DNA of 63,534 bases, filler included, from Chiloscyllium plagiosum (GCF_004010195.1; 4 parts of one record of this genome joined end to end with filler, not necessarily neighbours in it), one strand, 5' to 3'; shown: positions 38,083-51,416, counted from the first letter of the whole stretch. The notes: generated from the letters alone by a model not told the origin. Program-made: numbers and translations.

Positions 38083-38930
38083 CCGTGCTGTCCCTGTCCT
38101 GGGAGTGTTTGGTGGGGACAGTGTAGAGGGAGCTTTACTCTGTATCTAACCCAGTGCTGTCCCTGTCCTGGGAGTGTTTGGTGGGGACAGTGCAGAGTGA
38201 GCTTTACTCTGTATCTAACCCCGTGCTGTCCTTGTCCTGGGAGTGTTTGGTGGGGACAGTGTAGAGTGAGCTTTACTCTGTATCTAACCCCGTGCTGTCC
38301 TTGTCCTGGGAGTGTTTGGTGGGGACAGTGCAGAGTGAGCTTTACTCTGTATCTAACCCAGTGCTGTCCTTGTCCTGGGAGTGTTTGGTGGGGACAGTGT
38401 GGAGTGAGCTTTACTCTGTATCTAACCCAGTGCTGTCCTTGTCCTGGGAGTGTTTGGTGGGGACAGTGCAGAGTGAGCTTTACTCTGTACCTAACCCAGT
38501 GCTGTCCTTGTCCTGGGAGTGTTTGGTGGGGACAGTGCAGAGTGAGCTTTACTCTGTATCTAATCCTGTCCTGTCCCCATCCTGGGAGTGTTTGGTGGGG
38601 GCCATACCGAAAGAGTTTTACTCTATGTCTAACCCCTTGCTGTCCCTGTCCTGGAAGTGTTTGGTGGGGACAGTGTAGAGAGAGTTTTACTTTGATTCTA
38701 ACCCTGTGCTGGCCCTGTCCTGGGAGTGTTTGTTGGGAACAGTGTAGACAGAGCTTTACTTTGTGTCTAACCCAGTGCTGTCCCTGTCCTGGGAGTGTTT
38801 GATGGGGACAGTGTAGAGAGAGTTTTACTCTGTATCTAATCTGTGCTGTCCCTGTCCTGGGAGTGTTTGATGGGGACAGTGTAGACAGAGCTTTACTTTG
38901 TGTCTAAACATTTGCTGTCCCTGTCCTGGG
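38083..38930. repeat. 69-bp minisatellite (about 12 copies)
   Basis: Unit GTGCTGTCCCTGTCCTGGGAGTGTTTGGTGGGGACAGTGTAGAGGGAGCTTTACTCTGTATCTAACCCA; period checked from 38085 to 38154. Confidence 0.94.
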
Positions 38931-40094
38931 ATTCGATCACTGACTTCGATGTCAGCGCAATGTACAATTCCCCAGTAGCAAACCTTCATCATCAAGAGCT
39001 GTTGCTATGACAATTCTTTCCATGTTGCAAGGTTAATTTATAATGAGTCCTTGCTGTCTGACTGAAGGAGCTGTGAAGTTGAATTGGAAATGCTTTAATC
39101 AGTTCTGAGCGAGGTACTTTATTAGTTCCTTTAGCGGAAGGCACACTCCAATCAGTGTAGTGCTCTTACAATGAATAGAGTCATTAACATTCTTCTGATA
39201 AAGTGCTCCTTATTCAATGTGATAGAATATTCGACTGAAGGCCAACATCTCAATAAAGCCCCACAGTTCAACACATGCAGATCTTCCAGCTTCCTGCTTA
39301 TTCATTATCCTGGTGCCATTCTGTTCTTAGTGGTATTTATAGCTCACTATGAGGGGTACACTGTCTTGGAAGATTCAACACAGTGGCCCTGAAAAGGCAA
39401 ATGGATGACTACCTTGAAGGGAAACATTTTGGTGAGCTGTGAGAATGAATAGCTGGGATCCGAGCACTGATCTCTGCCATTTGGAAACAAATTGGTTAAT
39501 TCCTACTCTTTGTTTAAAGAGGCACAGGGACAAGCAGCAAACCTGACTCACTGATATCCTTTCGGGAAGGAAATCTGCCGTCCTAACCCAGTCTGGCCTG
39601 CATGTGACTCCAGACCCACAGCAATGGGGTTAACTCAACCACCCTCTGAAATGCCTGAGCAAGCTGCCCTGTCAAGGGGCAATTAGGGATGGACAACAAA
39701 CACTGGACATGCCAGCGATGCCCGATGCCACATGCTGTGATTTAACCCACCATCAGGAAAGCTATTTGTGTTTGGTTTTACACATCACCGACTGTCTTGG
39801 AATTGATTGAACATGAAGTTTCAGATCCCCACCATCAGCTGGGTCAGAAACATTCTCCTCAAATCCCATCCAGTCCTGAAAATAATTTCCTTAAATCGAT
39901 GGATTGGCTTCTCTGCTCAGAAATAAAAATTCTTTCTGTCTACATTATTCTTTTATACACCTCCACTCGTAAAGAGTAGGCCATTCAGCCCCTCGGGCCT
40001 CTGCTGCCATTCAATAAGATCATGGCTGATATGGTAGTGGCCACAACTGCACTCTTCTACCTTTTCCCCATAACCTTTGCCCAGGGTGGGGGGA

Positions 40095-40530
40095 TCTGAG
40101 CTACAGGGAGAGGCTGAACAGGCTGGGGCTGTTTTCCCTGGAGCGTCGGAGACTGAGGGGTGACCTTATAGAGGTTTACAAAATTATGAGGGGCATGGAT
40201 AGGGTAAATAGACAAAGTCTTTTCCCTGGGGTCAGGGAGTCCAGAACTAGAGGGCATAGGTTTAGGGTGAGAGGGGAAAGATATAAAAGGGACCTGAGGG
40301 GCATCGTTTTCACACAGAGGGTGGTACATGTATGGAATGAGCTGCCAGACGAAGTGATGGAGGCTGGTACAATTACAGCATTTAAGAGGCATCTGGATGG
40401 GTATATGAATGGGAAGGGTTTAGGGGGATATGGGCCAAACACTGGCAAATGGGACTAGTTTAGGATATCTGATCGGCATGGACGAGTTGGTCCGAAGGGT
40501 CTGTTTCCAAGCTGTACGTGTTTATGACAA
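40095..40530 (+). mobile_element. CR1 (HER1-like) 3' end
   Basis: Same subfamily as 34913-35262. Confidence 0.9.
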
Positions 40531-40739
40531 TGACTCCAACTCCACTTTCTGCTGTCCGTAACTCTTCAATCTATTACTAATTGAAAATCTGTTTATCTCC
40601 TCCTCAAATTTACTCAATGTCCCTGCAACCACTGCACTCTGGGGGAGTGAATTCTATAGATTCACCACCTTTTGAGGGAACTAATTCCTCCTCTTCTCTA
40701 ACAATTACTTCTCTCAAAACAGAAGTATAGAGTCTCTTG

Positions 40740-43295
40740 AGCAGTGAGACAATATGGACAGAGCCCTGAAATAGGAAGGGTGCGGTAACAATACTGGGGC
40801 TGTACTACAGGCCTCCCAACAGTGAGTGTGAGACAGAGGTACAAATATGTGAACAGATTATGGAAAGATGTGAGAGCAACAGGGTGGTGGTGATAGGAGA
40901 TTTTAATTTTCCCAACATTGATTGGGATTCGCTTAGTGTTAGAGGATTGGATGGAGCAGAATTGGAAAGGAGCATCCAGGAGGGTTTTCTAGAGCAGTGT
41001 GTAATTAGTCCAATTTGGGAAGGGGCCACACTGGACCTGGTGTTGGGGAATGAGCCCGGCCAGGTGAGTGAAGTTTCAGTACGGGATTACTTTGGGAATA
41101 GTGATCACAATTCCGTAAGTTTTAGAATACTCATGGACAAAGACGAGAGTGGTCCTAAAGGAAGATTGTTCAACTGGGGGAAAGGCCAACTCTACCAAAA
41201 TTCGGCAGGAGCTGGGGAATGTGGATTGGGAGCAGCTATTGGAAGGGAAATCCACATTTGATATGTGGGAGGCTTTTAAAGAGAGTGCAGGACAGACATG
41301 TGCCTGTGAAAATGAGGGATAGAAATGGCAAGATTAGGAAACCAGGTGAAATCTCACAGGTGAAATTGTGAGACTAGCCACGAGGAAAAGGAAGCGTACA
41401 TAAGGTCTAGGTGACTGAAGACAGATGAAGCTTTGGAAGAATATTGGGAAAGTAGGACCAATCAGAAACAAGGAATTAAGAGGGCTAAACGGGGACATGA
41501 GATAGCATCAAGAAAACAGAAAACCCCAAAGCCTTTTATTCATAGATAAGAACCAAGAGGGTAACTAGAGAAAGGGTTGGCCCACTCAAGGACAAAGGAG
41601 GGAAGTCCGAGAAAATGGGTGAGATTCTTAATGAACGCTTTGCATCGGTGTTCACCGAGGAGAGGGACATGGCGGATGTTGAGGTTAGGGATAGGTGCTT
41701 GATTACTCCAGGTCAAGTTGGCATAAGGAGGGAGGAAGTGTTGTGTGCCCTAAAAGTCCCCTGTCCCCAAGTCTGGATGGGATCTATCCCAGGTTACTAA
41801 GGAAAGCGAGAGACGAAATGCATCCTTGAACACGGGGAGGTCCCAGAGGACTGGAGAATTACTAATGTTGTCCCCTTGTTTAAGAAAAGCAGGGATAATC
41901 CAGGTAATTGCAGACCTGTGAGCCTGACGTCAGTGGTAGGGAAGCTACTGGAGAAGATACTGAGGGATGGAATATATACCCATTTGGAAGAAAATGGGCT
42001 TATCAGTGACAGGCAGCATGGTTTTGTGCAGGGAAGGTCATGTCTTACAAACCTAATAGAATTTTTTGAAGAGGTGACAAAGTTGATTGAAGAGGGAAGG
42101 GCTATAGATGTCAAATACATGGACTTCAGTAAGGTGTTTGATAAGGTTCCCCATGGTAGGCTGATGAAGAAGGTGAAGTCGCATGAGGTCCAGGTTTAGA
42201 TGGATAAAGAACTGGCTGGGCAACAGGAGACAGAGAACAGAAAACAGGAGACAGAGAGTAGTAGGGGAAGGGAGTTTCTCAAAATGGAGAAAGGTGACCA
42301 GTGGCGACCCACAGGGATCCGTGATAGGACCACAAAGGGAATTTGTGATATATATCAATGATTTGGAGGAAGGTATCGGTGGTCTGATTAGCAAGTTTGT
42401 AGATGACACTGAGATTGGTGGAGTAGCAGATAGTGAAGGGGGTTACCAGAGGATACAGCAGAATATAGATAGATTGGAGAGTTGGAAAGAGAAATGGCAG
42501 GTGGAGTTTAATCCGGGCAAATGCGAGGTGATGCATTTTGGAAGATCCAGTTCAGTAAATGGAAAAGTTCTGGGGAAAATTGATGTACAGAGAGATCTGA
42601 GTGTTCAGGTCCATTGTTCCCTGAACATAGCAATACAGGTCAGTAGAGTGGTCAGGGAGCCATCCAGCATGCTTTCCTTCATCAGACAGGGTATTGAGTA
42701 CAAGAGTTGGCAGGTCATGTTCCAGTTGTATAGGACTCTGGTTTGGCCGCATTTGGAATACTGCGTACAATTCTGGTCACCGCATTACCAAAAGGATGTG
42801 GATGCTTTGGAGAGGGTGCAGAGGAGGTTCACCAGGATGTTGCCTGGTATGGAGGGTGCTAGCTATGAGGAGAGGTTGAGTAGATTAGGATTATTTTCAT
42901 TAGCGAGATGGAGGTTGAGGGGGAACCTGATTGCGGCTTACAAAATCATGAGAGGTGCAGACAGGGTGGATAGCAAGAAATGTCTTCCCAGAGTGGGGGA
43001 CTCAATTACCAGGCGTCACGAGTTCAAGGTGAGAGAGGAAAGGCTTAGGGGAGTTATATGTGGAAAGTTCTTTATCCAGAGGGTGGTGGGTGCCTGGAAT
43101 GCGTTGCCAGCGGAGGTGGTAGGGGGAGGAACGATAACATCATTTAAGATGTATCTGGACAGATTCATGAATGGGCAGGGAGCCGAGGGATACAGATCCT
43201 TAGAAAATAGGTGACAGGTTTGGACAGAGGATCTGGATCAGTGCAGGCTTGGAGGGCAGTAGGGCCTGTTTCTGTGCTGTAGTGTTCTTTGTTCA
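40740..43295 (+). mobile_element. Long defective CR1 LINE (endonuclease C-half, RT, 3' UTR)
   Basis: GDFNFPNIDW, GNCRPVSLTSVVGKLLEKI, YMDFSKVFDKVPH, GDPQGSVIGP, SKFVDDT, LEYCVQFWSP across frameshifted ORFs. Confidence 0.95.
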
Positions 43296-43453
43296 TAACC
43301 TCCTCCCTACCTTTCTAATATTTCCTCATTGATAAAATTCTCCAATCTTAGTAACCTGTGTGTTAATCGATCAGCTCCTTCCTGTAACATGGTGACCATA
43401 TCACTTTCTGGATAAAGGTTTTAACTTGTTCATTCTGATTCTCTTTCTGACAG

Positions 43454-43495
43454 GTTGTTGGAGACAAAGTCCTGGAGGAAGAGATTATTTTTCCG
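43454..43495 (+). CDS. PDE2A: PDE2A internal exon (GAF-A), VVGDKVLEEEIIFP; exon 11 by analogy
   Basis: Acceptor ttctctttctgacag, donor CCG/gtgagt, 42 nt, phase 0-0. Matches recalled mammalian VIGDKVLGEEVSFP. Confidence 0.95.
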
Positions 43496-43686
43496 GTGAG
43501 TTCTTGTGTACTATTGCACCTGAGTGACACTTGAATTCACTGCTGTCTCAGGTCCTGTACTGTTGAAGAACATGCCTTTGTTACTCCCAGACCTGTCCTT
43601 TCCAGCACCCGACTGCATGGTCTCCTCAATCCTCCCTTCTATAAACATTCATTCACTCATCCGAAACTCTGCTGCCTGTGTTTTGA

Positions 43687-43896
43687 TGTGATGCAGAGGT
43701 GCTGGTGTTGGATTCGGTGGACAATGACAGAAGTCACGCAACACCAGGTTATATCCAACAGGTTTATTTTCAATTACAACCTTTGTCAGATGAAGTGGAG
43801 GGAAGCACTCAGGCACTGACGAAGGAGTAGTGCTCTGAAAGCCTGTGATTTTAAATAAACCAGCTGGAGTATAACCTGGTGTAGTGTGACTTCTGA
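43687..43896. mobile_element. Family-2 PLE inverted pair inserted in an L2-like remnant (about 43620-44150)
   Basis: CTGACGAaggagtagtgctctGAAAgcc core; 11-bp duplication with 1 mismatch at 43676-43686 / 43897-43907. Confidence 0.72.
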
Positions 43897-44800
43897 CTGT
43901 CTTTTGACTTGCATTAGATCAAATTCCTTCATCATCCCTTGTACATTCTCAGCTACTATACCCTTCAGTTAAGCAACATCATGACTTTAAAATTCACACC
44001 CTTGTTTTCCAATTCCTCCATCGCCTCTCTGCATCCTTCCTAATCTCTGTCTCTCCTCCAGTCCCACAACCCTCCAAAGTATCTGCACTTCCCAATCACC
44101 ATCCCTCTTTCATTGGTATCTGTGTTGCCTGGGCTCCAAGTTCTGGAATTCCTTGCTGTGTTTTCGTATCGAGAGAGAGGATGATGAGACGCTGCTGTAA
44201 GATTACTGAGGAAGTTGGAGATATTCTGTGGAGATGTACCTGGATGTACAACATCCGTGAGATATAATGTAAACGTGGGAGAGTCAGGATGGGACTAACT
44301 GAGTTTGGGATTATGGTCAGCATGAACTGGATGAACCAAAGGGTCTGTTTCTGTGCTGTATGACTCTATGACTCTATAACAACTTTCTCTCCTGAGCCCA
44401 GAGAGAGAGAAGCACAAGCTGATGTGTGAACAGAGATTCAGTGTGTTCAGCCACCGTTATGAACTCTGGTTTTCAAACAGCTTTTTCTCATTTCAGTCCC
44501 CAGTTTTGAAAAGCACAAAATCAAAAGATTACACTCTCTAACCCTCTCTGCCTCTGTACACCTCTCTCTCCAAATCTTCTCTGATCAGGCTGTCTGTCGT
44601 GTGAGCAGATTTTTTTTAACAGCAGAATAATATTCAAGTAATGTACCTTTGGATGCTTCCATCTGAAGCTGCTATATTAATAAACATTGTTGTTACATGC
44701 AAAACATGCCTCAGTTCCAAGGGAATTTGTCTCCCTTGTGCTGAACAAGTGCATTATTTGCAGTTCAGCGGGTGTTGCAGTCAACAGTTCTATGTCAACC

Positions 44801-45127
44801 CTTAGAATCCCTACAGTGTGGAAGCAGGTCATTTGGCCCATCGAGTTCACACTGACCCTCCAAAGAGCAACCTACCCCTTCCCTAACTTATCCCTGTAAC
44901 CCTGCATTTCCCTTGGCTAACCCACCTAGCCTGGACACTATCGGGCAATTTAGCCTGGCCAACCCACTTAAACCTGCACATCTTTGGACTGTGGGAGGAA
45001 ACCGGAGCACCCAGGGGTAGCACAGGCAGACGCAGGGAGAATGTGCAAACTCTGCACAGTTATTATCAAAGGCTGGGATTGAACCTGGGTCCCAAACAAT
45101 GTGAGGCAGCAGTGCTAACCACTGAGT
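44801..45127 (-). mobile_element. HE1-related V-SINE, older
   Basis: Reverse complement of the V-core and head. Confidence 0.85.
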
Positions 45128-47079
45128 ATGTGTTCCATAAATCACAGGATGTAAGGTTCATGTTGAAGTAGCTATTTTGAAGTTTATAACCAGCGCAATT
45201 TAAGCAGGTACAATATCACGGAATTACACATCTAATCTTGGGGTGTTCTGTGCTAAGTGATGTCACTCATTGTGTATACAGAACAGACTGACTGAAGGGT
45301 AATGGAGCGTTGCTACATCTATCTCCTTCTTCAAACCATTCAATGTTTTAGCTTCAGTTTTCTGTGGCAGAGAAATCCATAGGCTCCCCACCCTCTGTAG
45401 CTCTAGCCACAGGGACAGGATGGCTCTGCGTGGGATGCTATTCGGATGGTCGGTGTAGACCCAAAAGGCCAATGAACAGCTTCCACACTTTCAGTGGATT
45501 CTATGAAAACACTCAACGAGATATTTCTCCTCATCTCAGTCCAACATGACTTCCTCTGTATCCTTGGACTGTGACCCCTGATTCTGACCTCCCCAGTCAT
45601 TGGGAACATCCCTCCTGCATTTACCCCTGTCTGGTTCTGTTATAATATTATCAATTTCAGACAGACGGTGGACAGGCCTTGAGGAGATTGGAGCTGAGTT
45701 ACTGGCTGCAGGCTTCCTAGCCTCTGACCTGCTGTTGTAGCCACTGTGTTTATATAACAAGTCAGGATTAATCAACTGATATTGGAGCACCAGGAGCAGT
45801 CAGTTTACATGGTATATTATATTAATTGTATTTAGCAGAGGCTGTGACATCATGTAGATCCAACATTTGTACTGCGTAACACGAATGCTAATTGAAATTG
45901 TTGATTTGCCACACTCATAATTAGCCACATTTGAACAGGCCAGACTGCATTCTTCCATCTGCAGGTTTTGGTGTAAGGAACAGCACAAGTGTTGGAAAAG
46001 TGAGTACATTCACTTCCTTCTTCCCAGTCATTAAACACTTGCAGTCCCAGGATTCATCCCTGTGGAACCCCACTGGTTACAGGTCACTATCCTGAAAAAG
46101 AACCCCTAATTCCCAATCCTGCTGTTTCCTACCCAATAGCCAATTCTCCAACCATGCCAATGTTTTACCTGCAATTCTTATCTTGCGACTGAACCCTTTG
46201 TAGGCACATTGTCAACCAACTTCTGGTCATCCAAACATAACACAGAGAGTCATTAAGTCATAGAGATGTACAGCATAGAAACAGATCTTTCAGTCCAACT
46301 TGTCCATCCCAATCAGATATCCTAATCTAATCCCATTTGCCTGCATTTGGCCCATATCCCTCCAAACCCTTCCTATTCATATACCCATCCAGATGCCTTT
46401 TAAATGTTGCAATTGTACCAGCCTCCACCACTTCCCCTGGCAGCTCATTCCATACGTCTACAGATTCCCCTCTCTATACACTGGTTGAGAATTCTTAGAA
46501 AAACTTGAATGAATAAGTTAGACATGATTTCCCTTTCATGAAACCATGCTGACATTATCACTACACTTCGAATCCAGGTCGCTGAAAGTGCAGGCTGATA
46601 AAAGTCATAAATATTCACGAAGTCAGCATCGTATGAACTGAGAGATCTCAGATGACTGTGGGGTTTGAGGGTATATGGAATGTGGAAGAACTTTTAAAAG
46701 AAAGAACGTAGGAGCAGGATGGAGTAACCTATGGCCCCAGGATTGCCCTGGTACGTCCCTGACCAGTCTACAGGACAAGCTAGAAAAGCAAAACACCCAG
46801 GTGTTAGATCAGAGAGTCCTCAGAACGCAGCTGTAACTAAAGGCAAAACCCTCCTGAGGTTGGAATTGGGAAACAGACACCAACATTGCTGGAGAAACTC
46901 AGCAGGTCTGGCAGCATCTGTGAGGATATTGCACTCAAAACATTAACTCTGCTTCTCTCTCCACGGATGCTGCCAGACCTGCTGGGTTTCTCCAGCAATT
47001 CTGGTGTTTCTTTCACAAAACAGAGCCAATGCTTTCATCTTGAATCTCTGTGAGCCCTTTCATTCGTTTGTGAGTAAGG

Positions 47080-47620
47080 GATGGCCAGGTAGAGGTAATG
47101 CTGAACTTGTACAAGACACCTGGTGGACCTCAGCTGGAGGGTTGGGTGCAGCGGTGGGCGCCACGTTACAGGAAAGATGGGAACGCGTTGGAGAGCGCGG
47201 TTTACAGGAATGATTCCAGGGATGAGAAACCTCCAAGATGAGGATAGATCGACGACGGTGGGGACTGTTCCCCTTGGAGAAGAGACGGCAGAGAGGACTT
47301 TTGATAGAAGTTTTCAAAATCACGAGCTGTAAAAGAACTAAGAATGACACGAGCATAGATTTAAAGTGATGTTCAAGTGAAGGAAGGGTGATGTGAGAAA
47401 AATGTTTTTCACTCTGTGGAAGTTAGGGTATGGAACACACTGCCTGGAAATGTGGTGGAGGCAGGTTCAATTGAGGCTTTCAAGAGGGGCATTGGATGGT
47501 TATTTCAATAGAAATGGTGTGCAGGGACATTGGGAAAGGCAGGAGATTGGCACAAGATAATAGAAGCAGTGCAGGCGTGATGGGCTGAATAGCCTTCTTT
47601 TGCATTATGATAATTCTGTG
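47080..47620 (+). mobile_element. Old CR1 3' fragment
   Basis: Degenerate L.LYKT.V.P.LE and F..MIPGM remnants plus UTR. Confidence 0.7.
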
Positions 47621-47739
47621 ATTCTGGGATAGAATTGAATCTCCAACGAAATGCCAAATCAGATTTGATGGCCTTAAAGTGAAAAAAAAACACTGTACAT
47701 ATTTTTCATCAATCTGTTTAGGGATTTTTAAAATTTATT

Positions 47740-48350
47740 TGATGGAATTGGGCATCACTGGCTGGGCCCAGCATTGATAGCCCATCCCTAGTTGCCCTTG
47801 TGAAGGTGGGGGTGAGCTGCCTTCTTGAACCGCTGCAGTCCATGTGCTGTAGGTAGACCCACAATGCCCTTAGGGAGGGAATTCCAGGATTTTGACCCAA
47901 TGACAGTGAAGGAATGGCGATATATTTCCAAGATCAGGATGGGGAGTGGCTTGGAGGGGAACGTGCAGGGGGTGGCGTTCCCATTTACCTGCTGCTCTTG
48001 TCCTTCTAGATGGAAGTGGTCGTGGGTTTTGAAGGTGCTGTCTGAGGGTCTTTGGTGAATTTCTGCAGGGCATCTTGTGGATGGTACACACTGCAGCTAC
48101 TGAGCGACGGTGGTGGAGGGATCGAATGTTTGTGGATGTGGTGCCAAACAAGCGGTTGCTTTGTCCTGGATGGTGTCGAGCTTCTTGAGTGTTGTTGGAG
48201 CTGCCCCCATCCAGGCAAATGGGGAGTATTCCATCACGACCCGGATTTGTGCCTTGTAGATGGTGGGACTGGGTTTGGGGAGTCAGGAGGTGTGTTACTC
48301 GCCACAGGATTCCTAGTCTCTGACCTGCTCTTGTAGCCACTGTGTTTACA
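47740..48350 (-). mobile_element. LINE family B 3' end
   Basis: Reverse complement of the family seen at 15775-16378. Confidence 0.87.
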
Positions 48351-49084
48351 CACATTGGGAACAGGTGTGACTTGAGACCAAGCTTCCTCACCCAGAGGTG
48401 GGGACACTACCACTGTGCGAAAGTGCCCAATTTACTGTTTGTGCTCACTTTTAAAAGGGATTAAAAGGAAACTGTGTCTTGGCTATAGAAGAAATGCCGT
48501 GTTGATTGCTGGGTTGGTAGAATCGTTGCCTATGGGGAGATTGAGTTGGTTCGGGACAAAAGCAGAAATCGCTGGAGAAGCTCAGCAGGTCTGGCAGCAC
48601 CTGTGGAGAGAGAAACAGAGTTAATGTTTCAAGTCCAGTGAGCTTTCTTTGGACCCGAAACGTTAACTCTGCTTTCTGTCCACAGATGCTGCCAGACCTG
48701 CTGAGTTTCTCCAGCGACTTTGGTTTTTGTTTCCAATCTGAGCATCCACACCTGTTTGGTTTTTGTGTCGTCGGTCAGGTTGGTGTTCACAGGGGGGTTC
48801 GGAAGAATGAGTGGGTATTCTCACCGAAGCCTATAACATTCTAGCAGGGTTAGGCAGGTTGGCTTCAGCAAGGATGTTCTCAGTGGTTGGGGGACAGTCC
48901 AGAACCAGGGGTCATAGTTTAAGGAAAAGGGGTAAACCTTTTAGGACTGAGCTGAGGAGAAGTGAGTAGGGAGTCTGTGGAATTCTCTGCCCAACGTTGT
49001 TGAGGTCAAAACATTGTGTTTTCAAGTAGGAGTTAGATATAGTTCTTGTGGCTGAAGGGATGAAGGGATATTGGGGGAGGGTAG

Positions 49085-49841
49085 TGTTAAGACGGACCCA
49101 TGGGGTCCCGTCTTTGCGTGTTCTTTCGGAAGGAGAGACTCACACTGGCAACTATGGTTAGACGCAGACAGCAGTTTATTCACAGAATCTTAACTGGTAC
49201 AAGGAATCTACAAGCATGCATTCGTTGGAGAAGGCGTTCTCCCTTCTCGTTCAAACTTGACACAATTATACTTCGCGCTGCCTGGAGTCCCCGGTCAGTT
49301 CGCCTTCCCCATTGGTCCATTCATCTGCGCGCGCTGGGGATCCGTCCTCCTATTGGCCGCATCGAAGTGCCTGTCCAGCTCCTGCTGTGCTTGACAATGG
49401 CTCAGCCATCCCCGGGAGTGGTTCCGATCCCGTATTCAATAGTTCATTGTTTCAAGGAATTACTATGTGTCTGACAGGCTAGCCATTTTCAATAGTTTCA
49501 GTTTAACTAAATTGTCAATTGCACTTATCAACTTTAGACTTAAATAGAGCCATTCACACTCAATAGTTACAGGTTCCGATAGAGCAATTCACACTTGTCT
49601 AACAGTTACAGATTCCGATCGGTTTCTTTATTAATCCCGAGTTTCGATGGGGCAATTGATGCTGGCTGGTATTTACAGGCTCCAAGATTTAATTAACATT
49701 ATGCATATCCCTTACAAGCTCCAGCCAGGAAGTCATGCAGTCGCCAGCAGCAGCTCGCTTGGCTGTTGTTAACCATTTCAGGGCTAGAAGTGTCTCCCTC
49801 CCTAGCCCTACATTAAACACCCCAGTGAAATCTCCCCAACA
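49085..49841 (-). mobile_element. Probable solo LTR (757 bp) inserted in a CR1 3' UTR
   Basis: TGTT...AACA termini; minus strand has two CCAAT boxes, TATAAT, then AATAAA about 90 nt from the end; CpG-rich; no TSD found. Confidence 0.65.
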
Positions 49842-50109
49842 TTATGAGGGTACTCAGCTCAATGGTCAGCTGTCACCATATTGAATGGTGCAGCACGCTC
49901 GAGGGGTCAAATGGCCTACTCCTGCTCCTGTCTTTTATGTTTCAGTGTGGACGTTTGACCAGGGGATTCTGTTCTGCGTCAATGAATGCAGAGGGACCCA
50001 CACTTCTGTGGGAAGTCTTATAGCTGGTGCACTGACAGTGAGCCAAACTGGCAAGGGAAACCGCTCCCAACACAGTTGCTCTGAATCTCCTCTGCTTTCT
50101 GTCTTTCAG

Positions 50110-50178
50110 CTGTCGTTTTCTGATTTTGAACAGTCGGAGAAAGATAGTAAATCGATGACCTTGAATGACATCACAGCG
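50110..50178 (+). CDS. PDE2A: PDE2A internal exon (GAF-A), LSFSDFEQSEKDSKSMTLNDITA; exon 12 by analogy
   Basis: Acceptor ctgctttctgtctttcag, donor GCG/gtgagt, 69 nt, phase 0-0. Aligns with recalled mammalian LT..LGQVVEDKKSIQLKDLTS; correct order between flanking exons. Confidence 0.88.
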
Positions 50179-50954
50179 GTGAGTGTCGCCTGATCTTCCG
50201 TGTTTGTTTCAACATGTTTTCTCATGGATTTGTTCACATGTGGGACAGGGGGCATCACGAGCTGGGCCAGCATTTATTTCCTAATTCTTACTTTAACTGC
50301 CCCTTGAGAAGTTGGGGCTGCAGCCCGCGTGCTGTGGGTAGACCCACGATGCCCTGAGGGAGGGAATTCCAGGATTTTGACCCAGTGACAGTGAAGGAAC
50401 GTCAATATATTTCCAAGTCAGGATAGTGAGTGGCTTGGAGGGGAACTTGCAGGGGGGTGGTGTTCCCATGTATCTGCTGCCCCTTGTCCTTCAAGATGAT
50501 GAAGCCTGCACGTTTGGAAGGTGCTGTGGATCTTGGTGTGACCATGACAAGACAATGGAGTCAAGGCAGGCGGATGGAGTTGAGATCTGCCAATATAGTT
50601 GAAGGATGGAACAAATTTGATGGGTTGAATGGCCTCCAGGTACACTCATGTTCCCAAAACTAAAGAAGAGATGCAGGTGTCCTCAATCAATGGCCATCCT
50701 CACCCAATGTCATTGGAAATTGATTACGTGAGCAATACTGCTGTGCTGTTTTAGGCAGCTTGCTGTCTGCAAATTGAGTTTTTAAAAATTCGTTAATGGG
50801 ATGTGGTCCTTGATCTGGGTTACTTCAGACAAGAGTCAACCAAACATTGCTTGCTGTGGGTCTGGAGACACATGTAGGCAAGACCAGGTAAGGATGGCAG
50901 ATTTTCTTCGTGAAAGGGCATTAGTGAAGCAGATGGGAATGTCTAACACTTAAC

Positions 50955-51251
50955 TGGCAGCTTAATGTTCCAGGATACACATGCTACAGGAAGGATAGAA
51001 AGGGAGGCAAGAGAGGAGGGGGAGTGGCATTTCTGATAAAATATAGCATTACAGCTGTGCTGAGGGAGGATATTCCTGGAAATACATCCAGGGAAGTTAT
51101 TTGGGTGGAACTGAGAAATAAGAAAGGGATGATCACCTTATTGGGATTGTATTATAGACCCCCTAATAGTCAGCAGGAAATTGAGAAACAAACTTGTAAG
51201 GAGATCTCAGCTATCTGTAAGAATAATAGGGTGGTTATGGTAGGGGATTTT
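50955..51251 (+). mobile_element. CR1 endonuclease fragment running into a gap
   Basis: GGGVAFLI ... IWVELRNKKG..TLLGLYYRPPNS ... VVMVGDF. Confidence 0.9.
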
Positions 51252-51351
51252 NNNNNNNNNNNNNNNNNNNNNNNNNNNNNNNNNNNNNNNNNNNNTTAAT
51301 TAATTAANNNNNNNNNNNNNNNNNNNNNNNNNNNNNNNNNNNNNNNNNNNN
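51252..51351. other. Assembly gap with TTAATTAATTAA spacer, followed by (GT)n at 51352-51415
   Basis: Seen directly. Confidence 0.97.

Positions 51352-51416
<65 letters not shown>

Noticed and set aside
38074..38802. 242-aa Cys/Trp-rich repeat ORF resembling a metallothionein or keratin-associated protein
   Set aside because: Translation of a 69-bp (23-codon) intronic minisatellite; no credible start or splice context.
42183..43214. 343-aa RT-like ORF as a functional or domesticated reverse transcriptase
   Set aside because: Only the C-terminal part of a frameshifted, deleted CR1 ORF2, with altered motifs (GDPQG, FVDD).
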